From Octopus sinensis (lineage: Eukaryota), in contig NC_042998.1 of the NCBI RefSeq assembly GCF_006345805.1, forward strand, positions 122,450,001-122,514,000: 64,000 bases of DNA. Direction: 5' to 3'. Numbering within the stretch: position 1 is the stretch's first letter; each line of letters begins with the position of its first letter. Below the pieces are notes generated by a model. It saw only the letters and a list, made by a program, of their open reading frames with translations. It was not told the DNA's origin and did no database searches. The position numbers and the translations under genes are program-made. Below are positions 13,091 to 24,445 of the stretch, piece after piece.

Positions 13091-15826
13091 CTTAAAATTT
13101 AAGGAGGCCATGAGGTTATGTATTATTCTTATTCTTTTTTTTTTTTGTTTGGGGGCCCGGTAGATAGACACAAGCCCTTCCTTGTCTCTCTGAACCCTAG
13201 ATCAATGTACTGGCTGAATCCCACTCTCAAGAGCCCTGGACATATTTGCAACTTATTATCCAACTCCACAAGCCACAAAATTTAATAACTTTTTCTTATT
13301 CATCTTGGTATTGGTGGAAAGCCTGATTAAAAATTGGTGAGTGTTTCTATTCATAATGTAGTTTCCATGTATATCTCAAACATTTAAATCAGAAACTGTC
13401 TTTAATGAATTAACTATAGCTTATTTCAAGTATTAAGTATTTCCTGTCATTTCCACATGAGCAAACAAGCTTATAAGGAAGCAATAACTATCAAACAAAA
13501 CTTCTAATCAGTTTCTAGCTGTGGACATCCAATCTTTCCTTTGGAATATGCTGTTCAAATATGTAAGTCTTAAAACATGTGTACCTTACTTCAGCGACAA
13601 AATTTACAAGGGGAATTTGGCTGTTATATTGAGTGATTAAATAGAAACTCCCTCATTTACATAGACCAGCAGACAATGCAGAGACAGTATAGTTCAAGGC
13701 TCAATGTATTTTCAGCTATCTTAGTTCTGAGTTGAATTTACACAGAAGTGATCTTGGCTTGCAATTGTTAAATGATCAATAAAATAGGCACTAGTTATAT
13801 ATATATATTGTCAGTATTTCATATATCCAAAAAACAAAAAAACAAAAAAAAAAGAAGCATTAGTAAAGTAATATATTTTTAAAGAAGTTAAATGTTATGG
13901 CTAATGGCTATCATAGAGTGACCATTGGTTTTGCAGTAATCTTTATTATAAATGGCAATATCTGTCTGTCCGTTTGTCTGTTACCATCTCGATGCCCAAA
14001 CCAGCAAACCAATCTTCAACAAACTTTGTGTAAATGTTGAACTAACATCCTGTTCAATTACAGGTTAATTGGATTTAAAAAAAAAATCGATAATGGATCA
14101 TCTACAGGGGTTGGGCTATTACATGATAAAATGAGTGGGGTGCAATAGTGTTAGGTTTAGGAAAATGTGGCATAATGAGGGTGCCTGACATCAGGGAGGG
14201 GAAGAGACAGGAAGAGATAGACAGATAGAGAGAATGACAGACAGGGAAAGAGTGGGAGAGACAGAATTTTAATACTTTGTTCTTTCATTTCTTCCTATCA
14301 CTTAATGCATACACTTCAGTGAATTAACTGTCATATACTCAGTCAATACTTTTACAATATGTCCAGCAACAGATGTTAAACAAGTGAAAGGTAAAGTGAT
14401 TTTATACTTGTTTAAGATTTTATGATTAAGATTTATTAAAATTTACCAACGTACTCAAACAATACACTACATATAACGTCTTTCCTTTTCTTCCATAGAT
14501 AAATAGCCCCTCGTTTTCCATATATATAAAAGAGAGTTTGTATGTGTGTTTGTGTGTGCATATCTTCCTTATGCATTTGAAAAGTGAGGTGCTGATTTGA
14601 CATACTGGTTTGAGAAAAATAAGTTATATTTTAGTCTTTTACTCCACACAATTGGAATTATGTTTAATTAAAATAACTCTATATCAGATCTTAATTTTGG
14701 TGACAAGTTGGTAGATAGAGTCTACTAATAATAGTTTTGTAGCACTAGTGTTATTTTTTAAAATTTTAATTTATTTGGTGATTAATAAAATAATTACTAT
14801 CAATACTAGCACCTGTAACTTTCTAGACTCAACTCTATAACAAAAATTATCGTATCTGTAAAAAGAAACAATATTAGATAGAGCTTAATTAAAATCATTA
14901 AAAGTTTTAAAAGTTCATTATAGGATTTTTAAATATTTTTCTCTGTCAATTATGGTTATCGCCATAAAATAATTAATTCTTCTCATATATTTTGTGAAGA
15001 TATTGTAGTAATTAATAAGAAAAAAAACAGTTATTTTGTATTTTCAAGAATCTAGGATTGGTAAAAAAATTCAACTTTTAGTCAATAAAATTTGAATAAA
15101 CATTTTAAAATCTTGAAATGAAAAAGAAAGAATAGTACAGACTCTAAAGAAAAACCAGAATTTTAATACACATACCTATATTAGTATTTAGAATGTTAGT
15201 ATTAATACAGCATTGCAGTCAGAATTGCAGCTAGCTGAATTAATGGTTTTATGGGCCCACACTAAACATGAGATATGACTCATGCTGTATTCATCTCCTT
15301 AGTTGTGAATATGTATCAGATTTATCATGCGACTCACCATAAAAATATGGTTTACTTTATAATTGACAAATGGTTTGTTTTGCTGTTTAAATCCTTCCTT
15401 GAATATAGTTTGGAAAATAATAGGAGCTATTGATTTTCATTAGATAAACTACAAAAACTAATCCCCTGGGTAATGTTGTATCCTTTTGACTGAATCTGTT
15501 TTGAAACTTCCACTGTGTATGTTTATATTGGATTTATACAAGGGAAATGTGTTAAATACAACCATTTTGATTTATAATATGAGCTGTATTAGTCTTCTTA
15601 TGACTGCTTTTGGCTTAAGGGACATGTCATGTGCAAGTATGGTAAAATCAGGAATTTGAGGAAATTGATGAACTGTGTTGGTAAGAGTTAGTCCATGGTG
15701 TGAATACTAAAGTTTTGGGCCTTGCTATTTGTTGTGTGAAAGTAGAACACCCCAATTTGGTTGGCTCCTAATGGACTGTGCCACAATATAAATGGACATG
15801 CGCAGAGAGAGAGAGAGAGTTGGCGA

Positions 15827-17501
15827 CCTTGAACTGTGTTGTTCAGTGTTGAATCAGTTATTGTTGCGGATAGGTTATCCTTTGTTGAAGGTCCTCCCTA
15901 GTGGGGTTACCTATTGTTGGAACTGTTAAACCATTGTTGATTGATTGTTGTATTCCTTGCTTTTGCTATCAATTTCTCCAGTGGGGGCGAAAATAGCAGT
16001 AAGCTATGGAAGTGACGCTTCAGTAGCAGGTTGTGAGAATATAGCTGTTAACCAGCTGGAAGTGAAGGAAGTACCTGTGGATTTAGAAATATTAAAAAGC
16101 AGCAAGGAATTAATTCAAAGAGAGAGGTCAAGGCTAAAATTGACCACCTCGGAAGATGTAACAAGAAAGAAAAATAAAAAGATAATGATGTATATAACCC
16201 TATCACGTACAAGCAAGAAAATAGAGATAGCTAGTGAAGAAGCAATAGAAGAGTGCTTGGAAGAAATAAAGAGCGACATTAAATTTTTCTGCTGAGGGAG
16301 AAAATTCGGCACAGTGGAGGTGCACTTTCCTACCATAGAGGAGGCAGTAAAACACTCCCCTACAGCATCGAGAACGGAAGAATGGGCACTTACTTCTTCC
16401 AACCTATCTCGGTAAACGAATGGCAAGAGTGAGGATTGACAGGGTGCCCCCCGAGATTGCCGAGATGTGGCTACTTGCAGTAACCTTAACAGGGACAAAA
16501 GAGGATCCAGGAGTGCTGCAGGTAAGTCGGACAAAGCAAATGAACTGGTGGGATATGACATGGAAGTTATAATCCAGGCCACCTCACTGGACTTACAAGA
16601 AATTGTAGAAGAAATAGAGCTACCAGAAGTGAAGCTGCGAGTGGTGGTGGAGGGAAAACCTATCTGCTTCGACTGCAGAAAGAGGGGGCACATAAAGGCG
16701 AGCTGCCCCTTTTTAACAACCAGATACCAGCGGAGGAAAAGCAAGAAGAGAACAACAACAAAGAAGATAGAGGAAACTATGGAAGAATCAAATGTAGAAA
16801 GCAGAGACGAGGGATTCCAGGAGATACAAAATAGAAAGAGGAAGGACCTAAAAAATTCCACCCCCGCCGAAGAATCCGAACAAAAAGAAAAAGAAAGAAG
16901 TAGCATACAAGCACCCACACAGTCTACCACACCGCCGCAAACACCCAAGAAAACCACAGACATCCCAGAATCTCCAGATAAGCATACACTAGTAGAAGCA
17001 CATATAGATACACAAGCAGGCACACAAACATCACAGGCCAGTCATAGAAGTAGGGCACATCTGACGAACTATATGACAGGCATAGCCAATGAAAAAAATT
17101 GCAAAGATCAAATCGATAAGAGTTGAACTGCCTGAAGAATGGTGCGTACCGGGCATGAAATGCATATTAATAGACATGAACAATCATAATAAATTAAAAG
17201 GAATTTTTGGGAATGACTTAGACCCACCAGGACGGGAGTTGAGATATGATTACCTCCCGCGGTGGAATCTGAACATTTGAGACAGTATATGATCTAATAC
17301 GGTAATTACAATTTGATAAACATTAGTGTAAAAAATAGTTAAATGGTACTACTCGAGAGTGGGGCTCAAGTAGCCATTACACCCTCATTCATTATATAAA
17401 TTCATTTCATTCATTCGTTTATGTTTTCTGACCCCACTTTGTGTTGTTTGTCTTTGTTCGTCCCCTCTGTGTTGGACCCACAGTGGCCAATAAAATGAAA
17501 A
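15827..17501 (+). mobile_element. ORF1-only retroelement, copy A (full length, decayed), inserted in the 5' LTR
   Basis: GRKFGTVEVHF (RRM-like), RVRIDRVPPEI..W and VVEGKPICFDCRKRGHIKASCP, then a charged linker, a short C-terminal ORF, a 3' hairpin and AATAAA. Flanked by agagagttgg(c/t)ga at 15814-15826 and 17502-17514. Confidence 0.75.
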
Positions 17502-17642
17502 AGAGAGTTGGTGAGCTGTGTAAGACCGAGGGTTGCGTATTGGCGAGTGTAATTACAAGTATTGTGTATCTTGATTTGAACGATTTGCGAGGATGCTATT
17601 TATTATCCTATTATATTGTACATCGAATGTGCAATACAATAG

Positions 17643-17655
17643 TGGCGACGAGGAT
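17643..17655 (+). promoter_or_regulatory. Primer-binding site, complementary to the tRNA-Ser(GCU) 3' end
   Basis: TGGCGACGAGGAT lies 1 nt after the 5' LTR end (ACAATA, 17636-17641). Confidence 0.85.
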
Positions 17656-17729
17656 TCGGACAGTATTGCCATTGATACAACAGTGGCATCGAGGTTTCGA
17701 GCAATATTGAAACTGAAAATAGTACCAAA

Positions 17730-18560
17730 ATGGAAGAGTTACTGAAAGCAGTCGTAAAACAACAAGAGCAGCAGCAGCAACTACAGAAGTTAACAGAGTT
17801 GTTACTGCAGTCGAGAAATACGATAGAATTATTTTCAGCAGACGGTGTTGCAAACTCCATCGAAGAATTTCAGTACAAACCGGATGAAGGAACTACCCTT
17901 ACCGCGTATTACAGACGATACGGAAACATATTCAGAGAGGAATGCAAAGGATGGTCTAGTGAAAGGAAGTAAGGTTCCTTTTTCGAAAACTCACACCTCC
18001 GGAACACAAAAGTTTTTGTAACTTTATTTTGCCGAGAAAGCCCGCGGAATTGTATTTTGATGAAACGATAAATATTCTGACTAATATTTTTAGAGAAAAA
18101 CGTTCGCTATTTAACATTCATTGGGAATGTTTAAATTTAAAGATGAGTCAGACGACTTTGTAACATATGCCAGTATTGTTAATAAAGCTTGGAGAATTAA
18201 CGCCAGATCTGTTCAAGTGCCCAATGTTCGTTAAAGGGCTTGTGGCAACAGAAGACGCGGAAATTAGAAAATGAACATTATCAAAGTTGAAGCAAGATGT
18301 TGAACTAACTTTGCAGAAAGTGGCTGAGGAATGCCAAGAAATAATAAATATTCAAGAAGATGCAAGAAAAATAGAAGATAATAATAATAATAATAGCGTA
18401 CAAACGTGTAAAGAAAGTATCGAAAGAAAAAAAGACAGATAAATCCAAAACGTGCTATGGTTGCGCAGACCTGCTTTTTAAGAAAGATTGCCCCTTTAAA
18501 GATCAAAAATGTTTTAAGTGCGGTAAAACTGGGCGCTTGTTGAAGAAAGATGTAAAAACT
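17730..18560 (+). pseudogene. gag: Mag/K02A2.6-like gag with two CCHC knuckles, disrupted
   Basis: MEELLKAVVKQQ...FSADGVANSIEEFQYKPDEG..., then CYGCAD..FKKDCP and CFKCGKTG, with several stops and frameshifts. Confidence 0.85.
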
Positions 18561-18599
18561 GAGAAACCGAAGAAAGTCAACTCAACAAAAATAAATTAT

Positions 18600-19845
18600 A
18601 CCATAGAAAACCGAAAATTTGTGTCGGTAAAAATAAATGGTTTGCAGAAGAAAATGCAATTAGATACCGGTTCAGATGTATCGATAATTAATACGGCAAC
18701 ATGGATTAAGATAGGAAGGCCGGCATAAAAAAAAACAACAAACTACTAAGATAGATCACGGTGTGACGGAAGAAGTGGTTTAATTCTTGGGCGAAATTTC
18801 GCCAGAAATAAAACTTAAAGAAATGACGTGGAAAAGTAAAATAATGGTATCTAAAAATACAATGAATCTGTTCGGGACAGATTTAATGAAAGAATTCCAC
18901 CTGTGGGATCTACCATTGAATACATTATGTAATAAGGTGAATGTGTCACATACCGTGTCAGATAATGCGTCGGAAAAATTAAAATTAAAGATGTACTCTG
19001 ATGTGTTCCCGAAGGAGCTCGGAACATGTAAAAAAAAAATCAAAGTAAAGTTCGAGTTGAAAGAAAATGCGATGCCGGTGTTCAAATCGAAAAGGAATGG
19101 GAGTTAAATCAAGTTGAGAAGGAACTAAAAAGGTTGGAAGACCTGGAGGTAATTGGAAAAGTAGACTACTCAGAGTGGGTGGCTCATACTGCATATATAA
19201 AAAAGAAAAACAACAAAATGAGAGGTCTAAATGATTGTTTAAAAAATTACAACTATCCGCTTCCAAGGCCAGAAGAAATATTTGCTAAGTGCAATGGTGG
19301 GAAAACTTTTTCCAAGCTGGATTTGTCAGAGGCCTACCTCCAATTACTGGTAGATGAGGAATGTGTTAAGGTATCAACAATTAATACCCATAAAGGTTTC
19401 TACCGTTTAAAAAAACTGCCATTTGGAGTTAAGGTCACACCGACAATATTTCAACAAATGATGGACACTATGTTAGCAGACTGCGAGTTTGCGGTCCCAT
19501 ACTTGGATGACATATTGATCAAAAGTGAATCGAGGGACCAGCATATTGAACCTATAAAAATGTTTTTAAAAGAATAAGCTACTATGGATTTTAGTGAAAA
19601 GAAACGCGAATTTTTTAAAACAAAAATGAAGTATTTGAGACAGATGATCGATGAAAACGGACCCTTCTAGGGTTGACGTGATAAAAAATATGTCTGCTCC
19701 CACTAACAAAAATATTACAAGCATTTTTAGGTCTGGTAAGTTATTACCAGCTGTACATACCTGAAATGTATGAGCTAAGAGCTCTGTTGAATAATTTGTT
19801 AAAGAAATACACTAAATGGGACTGTACAAACGAACAGCATTCTCT
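18600..19845 (+). pseudogene. pol: Gypsy pol (protease, RT, start of RNase H); the 3' part including integrase is deleted
   Basis: KMQLDTGSDVSIIN (protease); FSKLDLSEAYLQ, LPFGVK and YLDDILI (RT); LQAFLGL..YY (connection/RNase H start). Confidence 0.9.
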
Positions 19846-22446
19846 CTGGTACCGCCAAAGGAATTTTCGGAAAGTTTACAAAAAAGGACGGTCCTGTTAC
19901 AAAACGTTAAAATTATCCACAGGAAAAATTGAAACCGCGACAACTGAGAGTATAGAAAAAATACTAAAAAATATTAAACACCTGGCGACGTTTGTAACGA
20001 GAGGTCAGAAATTCGGAGTGGTAGAAGTCAGGTTCGCATCTGAGGAAGTAGCAGCAGAGCATGCAGTAGACGTGATTTATTACCCACAAGGGGCGAACAT
20101 AGAGGGGACAGTACAATCGGGGAAAAAAATAAAATAATGAAATATGTATAAATGTGGTGTAATGCCCCACCCGATCCCCGAAATCAGGTGGTTACATTTC
20201 GTCGTTTTTAATTACATTTTATAATGTTTTCAAAAGTAACAAATTCATTTTTCAGCATTTCGCAATACATTTCAAAATAGAATTTCAAAATACATTATCA
20301 ATTACAGAAAAAATTGTTTTCACAAATTCACATATAAAGCTTTCGCAATACATCTTTAAGATTTCAAAATACATTTGAAATAAACAAAAGTCTTTCCAAA
20401 TTCTCTCTTTTTTTTTTCTTATAATTTTAAATTAGCTCCATTACCTTTTTCAGGTCATTGTAGTTTTCCATTTCTCGTGGGTACCTTAGCAGTCGGCACT
20501 TCGTGTGTCTTGTTACGTTCATACCAGCGGCCTCGATAAACGCATCGGCGTTGTCTTCATGGACCAGTGCACCCGTTTCCTTCCACTCCGTGCCCATCCT
20601 GACCCATGAATATCCCTCCGTTTCACTTATTAGTTCCTCCATCTCCCCACAGTGTCTGTATTGAACCAATGTTCCGTAAAATTTGTATCTTCTATTTGAC
20701 CCTATGTTTTCTTTAGTTTTCTTCTTCGGACTTACTTCTTCTTTACCTTCCTCTCCCAGCTTTTCTCTTTCTCTCTTTTTGCTTTCCTTTTCTTTTTCCT
20801 TCTCTTGTCTGTCGTATGTTCTTTTCCTTTTTGTGTAGCAGCCTTTCCCTTCTCTTGATTCTGTTCCTTCCCTTGTTTTTTTCCTGTTTTTTCACTTTCC
20901 TTTATTTTACTTTCTTTTTCTTTCTCTATTACCTGTGACTTTTGTTCTTCTTCTATTAATTCCTTCTCTTTGCTTTCATTTTCCTTCTGTGTATTGTTAT
21001 TTCCTTTTACCGTTGTTTCCTTTTCCTTGCTTTCTTTCTCCTTTAGAGTATTGTTCCCTTCTTCGGGTTCTTTTTCTTTCTCTTTTTTGTTTTCCTCTGC
21101 TCTTTCACACTCCGCCACGTATTCGTAAAGCGGACATTCTTTTTTAATGTGACCTCTTGTCCCACATAAATAACAATTGGGTTTTCTCCCCTGTGATTAG
21201 GAATGACGAATGGGCTTTCCTGCTGAGGTACTGCGGGAAAAGAATGGTGAGAGTAAGGGTGGTTAAAATCCCACCCGAATACGACGAGACGTGGATTATG
21301 GCGGCAGTCTTATTCCACATAAAACAGAATCCGAAAATATTTAAGGCAACAAGAACTCAAAAGGTGAACTTTTGGGAATACGGGCTAGAAATGAAAATTC
21401 AAGCTACCCTGGAAGACCTGAATTCCATAACTGAAGAAATATTATTGCCCGAAGGAAACAAGTTGAATGTGGTGGTAGAGGGCAGGCCTTTGAAATGTTT
21501 TTTGTGTAGCGAAAGAGGACACATAAATGCGGACTGCCCCCGAAGCAAGGAAAAAGAGAGGGAGGAGAGTTCGACACAGAGAGAGGCAACAGTGGAAGAG
21601 TACGGAGAAGAAGCTGAAACAGTGGATACAGAGGGAGAAATTCGTGGAGGTGAAACCGCGGAAAAGAAAAAGTAGAAGGGGTTCTCCATCGGAGAAGCTG
21701 AAAAAGAAAAAAGAGGCGATGGGAAGTAATGGAGAAAAATTGGTGACAAGATAGACAGAAGAGGAAAGTTTGAAAGTGTCTCCTCTAAAAGTGAAGTTGA
21801 AGAGAGGTGAAGGAAAAAGGAATGAAGGAGGGAGTGAAAACCAGACGAAGAAGAGATGGTATTATGTAGAATACCAAAGGAATATACATATAGAAGCAGA
21901 GCTCCTGAAAATGAAGCCAGTGACATGGGTAAAATTACCTAAAGGTGAGGGTAACGATGGAACTAAAGCAATAATAATAGAACCGAATTGCTATGAGGAG
22001 TTTTAAAAAAAGGTGCGATTTGGGAAAGGTACGGTTTAAAGTCGAGTTTGAAAAGTTGGAACCAGTAATTGACTGGGATGACGTGATACCGTTAATAAAG
22101 GACTGTCTTTTAGATAGTCCTCAATCAATGGATAGCGAGTAATAAGACTTTTTATTGGAAAGACAATGCGTCAAGAATCCGATGTGGACCGTTGGAGGAT
22201 ATACAGATTGGCGACTTGCAATGGTATGTTACATGTTAATTAGTTATGTAAATACCCGATAATAATGGACTGTAAACAAGCTTAATGGTACTGCATGTGA
22301 TGAGGAGCGCATGCAGCCATTCATAATCTCGTTGTTATATAATCATCTCATTCATATTCGTTTTATGTATTGTCCCCTCTGTGGTGTCCTGTCTGTTCTT
22401 GTCGCCCTCCCTCTACTTTGAGCCCTTGTGGCCATAATAAAGAAAG
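19845..22446 (+). mobile_element. ORF1-only retroelement, copy B/C, interrupted by inverted copy E
   Basis: Removing 20078-21198 restores ...AAEHAVDVIRNDEWAFLLRYCGKRMVRVRV...EGRPLKCFLCSERGHINADCP. It ends in a hairpin and aataaagaaag just before the LTR remnant. Confidence 0.75.
20078..21192 (-). mobile_element. ORF1-only retroelement, copy E (5'-truncated, inverted)
   Basis: Begins at GRKPNCYLCGTRGHIKKECP, followed by a K/E-rich linker, a short ORF (20427-20669) and a hairpin, and ends at tgtgggtaata(aa). 6-bp TSD GTGATT at 20072-20077 and 21193-21198. Confidence 0.75.
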
Positions 22447-22459
22447 AGAGCTGTGTAAA

Positions 22460-24076
22460 TCCGCGTCGTTGTATTTGAGTGAGTTGAAGTGTGAGCACTG
22501 TAGTTGTTGGCCTGTTGTTCCCTGAATTGTTGCATTGTTGTTGAATTTGTTGGAATTTTTATTTGTCTTCCCGATTTGTGGGTGAAGTAGTGAGTGGTGG
22601 ACCGGTGCAGGTGGGCAGTTGTGCCGCAGTGACGGGCGTGGGCTGTCAGTGGAGCTACTGCGGGTTCGTAAAGTGGAAGTTGGGGACAGGAATTTCGAGA
22701 GGTGTAGCGACTTGTTGAAGAAGTTATTGAAAGTGCCGAGAAGGGAACTATTATCTGCGCAGCGTTGAACATGGCAGTGAGGAAGTTGGAGGTGACAGCG
22801 GTGCAGGTGGTCGGGGTGGGGGTGTTTGAGAGAGATGAAGAACTTTACCACGTTCTACACCGGAGGACGGAAGTTCGGCACGGTGGGAGTGTGCTTTGTA
22901 AGCGGCGGGGAAGTGCTCCATTGTGGCCTTGAGATCGGCTGAGCGAACACTGCTATCTGCTTACTGTGGCAAACGTGCGGCCAGAGTAAGGATAGGTAGA
23001 GTGACCCCTGAAATTGACGAGGCATGGCTGGTGGCAGCCATCCTCTACCATACAGAGGAAGATGCAGAAATTTTGAAAATGTCCAAAACTACGGAGGTGA
23101 ACTGGTGGGGATATGGGCTACAGGTAACAGTCCATATAAGCCTACCAGACCTCCATAAGATTGTGGAAGAGCTGATTTTGCCGGATGAGACTAGATTGAA
23201 GATAGTTGTGGAGGGTAGACTTCCAATATATTTTTTGTGTGGAGTAAGGGGACACATGAAGGCCAAGTCTCCCCAGAAACACGGAGAGGAAATAACAGAA
23301 AAAGAAATTCAAGAAGAGAGTACAGTCGTAGAGGAGGAGAAAATGGAGGAGCAATTTACGATGGTGAAAAGAAAAAAGAACTTAGAATCACCACCAAAAA
23401 GCCCCAAGGAGAAAAAAAGGAAAGACAAACGAAGAGGAGAACAAGAATGAAAAGAGAAAAAATGGAAAATCAAATGAAAAATCAAGTGATGTGCGAATGC
23501 ACGAACCGTCGCCTTCAGCAAGCAAGGAAGAAAGAGTACGAAAGAAGGAAGGAAACGAAAGAGATAGCGAAGTAGAGACAGAGCTATTTATGACGGACGA
23601 AGAGATACCTACAGAGAGAAACTGAAGAAGCCTCATAGTATATGAAAAAAGCGTCGAAATTGTTAAAATGAAAAATGTTATCAGAGTGAAAATGGCAAAC
23701 CATGAAGGAAAGAAGGGTGTGCTGTTGGATAGAGAAAGAGGGGAGAGGTTAGTAAAACTATTTAAAAAAAAATAAAGAGTTGAAATAACACTGTTTCAGT
23801 ATAGCTAAGACAAGCTGCCGCCTGTTGTAATTTTTGACGATATAGTACAGTATTTGTCGTAATTTTGTGTTAAAAAATGCAAGACTGTAAAGTAAGTCTG
23901 TAATTTAAAAAACAGTAAAATGAAACTACTTGCTTTAGGGGGCAAGTAAGCCATTTCATCCTCATTTTCATATTTATAATTCATACGATATATATTTATA
24001 TGTACCCAGTGTCTTGTTTTGTCTGTCCTTGTGTAGTCCTCTCTTTATAAAGGCCATGTGTCTAAATAAAAGAAAT
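22460..24076 (+). mobile_element. ORF1-only retroelement, copy D (full length, decayed), inserted in the 3' LTR
   Basis: GRKFGTVGV, GKRAARVRIGRVTPEI and VVEGRLPIYFLCGVRGHMKAKSP, with hairpin and AATAAA. Flanked by agag(c/t)tgtgtaaa at 22447-22459 and 24077-24089. Confidence 0.75.
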
Positions 24077-24231
24077 AGAGTTGTGTAAAGCTGAGGGTTG
24101 CATATTGTCGAGTGTAATTACAAGTATTGTGTATCTTGAGTAGGACTATTTGCGAGGACGTTATTTATCATCGTTATATCGTACATCGAAAGTGTGATAC
24201 AACACTATTCTTTTGAAAATATGAAATAAAA

Positions 24232-24445
24232 CAAATAAGGTGACGAGATGGCAGAATCGTTACCATGTTGGGTAAAATTTTGCAGCATTTTATCTGAGTT
24301 CAAATTTTACCAAGGTTGACTTTGCCTTTCATCCTCCTGGGGGTCAATAAAATAAGTACCAATTAAGCACTAAGGTCAATGTAAATGACATTCTCTTTCC
24401 CATTCCCTCTAGTTGCTGGCCTTGTGCCAAAATTTGAAACCAATA
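24232..24445 (+). mobile_element. SINE (family of 59280 and 61255)
   Basis: gatggcagaatcgtta...ctgagttcaaatt...gactttgcctttcatcct...aataagtacc...gctggccttgtgccaaaatttgaaaccaata. Confidence 0.7.

Larger units (their letters stand above)
15730..24204 (+). mobile_element. Degenerate Ty3/Gypsy (Mag-like) LTR retrotransposon with nested insertions
   Basis: 5-bp TSD CTATT at 15725-15729 and 24205-24209. Termini are TGTTGT...ACAACA. The terminal ~128-bp LTR segments (17513-17641, 24078-24204) are ~84% identical by manual alignment. PBS, gag, protease and RT lie inside. Confidence 0.9.

Noticed and set aside
12985-13114. Plus-strand frame MKKTLTAW*YLFNQGVQEKFG... with an in-frame TGA (13008-13010) as a possible selenocysteine codon
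   Set aside because: It matches no selenoprotein motif I know and I found no SECIS. An acceptor just after the TGA, or the minus-strand exon, explains the island more simply.
11874-14500. Plus-strand mini-gene from exons 11874-11889, 12477-12514 and 13026-13114
   Set aside because: The phases fit, but the product is only ~48 aa, the first exons are very AT-rich, and such splice matches are expected by chance in this composition.
15820-15829. TGGCGACC as a second primer-binding site
   Set aside because: It lies within the direct repeat flanking copy A and is not preceded by an LTR end.
16115-17023. 302-aa minus-strand ORF (also 21399-21926 and 22363-22851)
   Set aside because: Antisense shadows of the purine-rich plus-strand ORF1-like regions; no recognisable domain.
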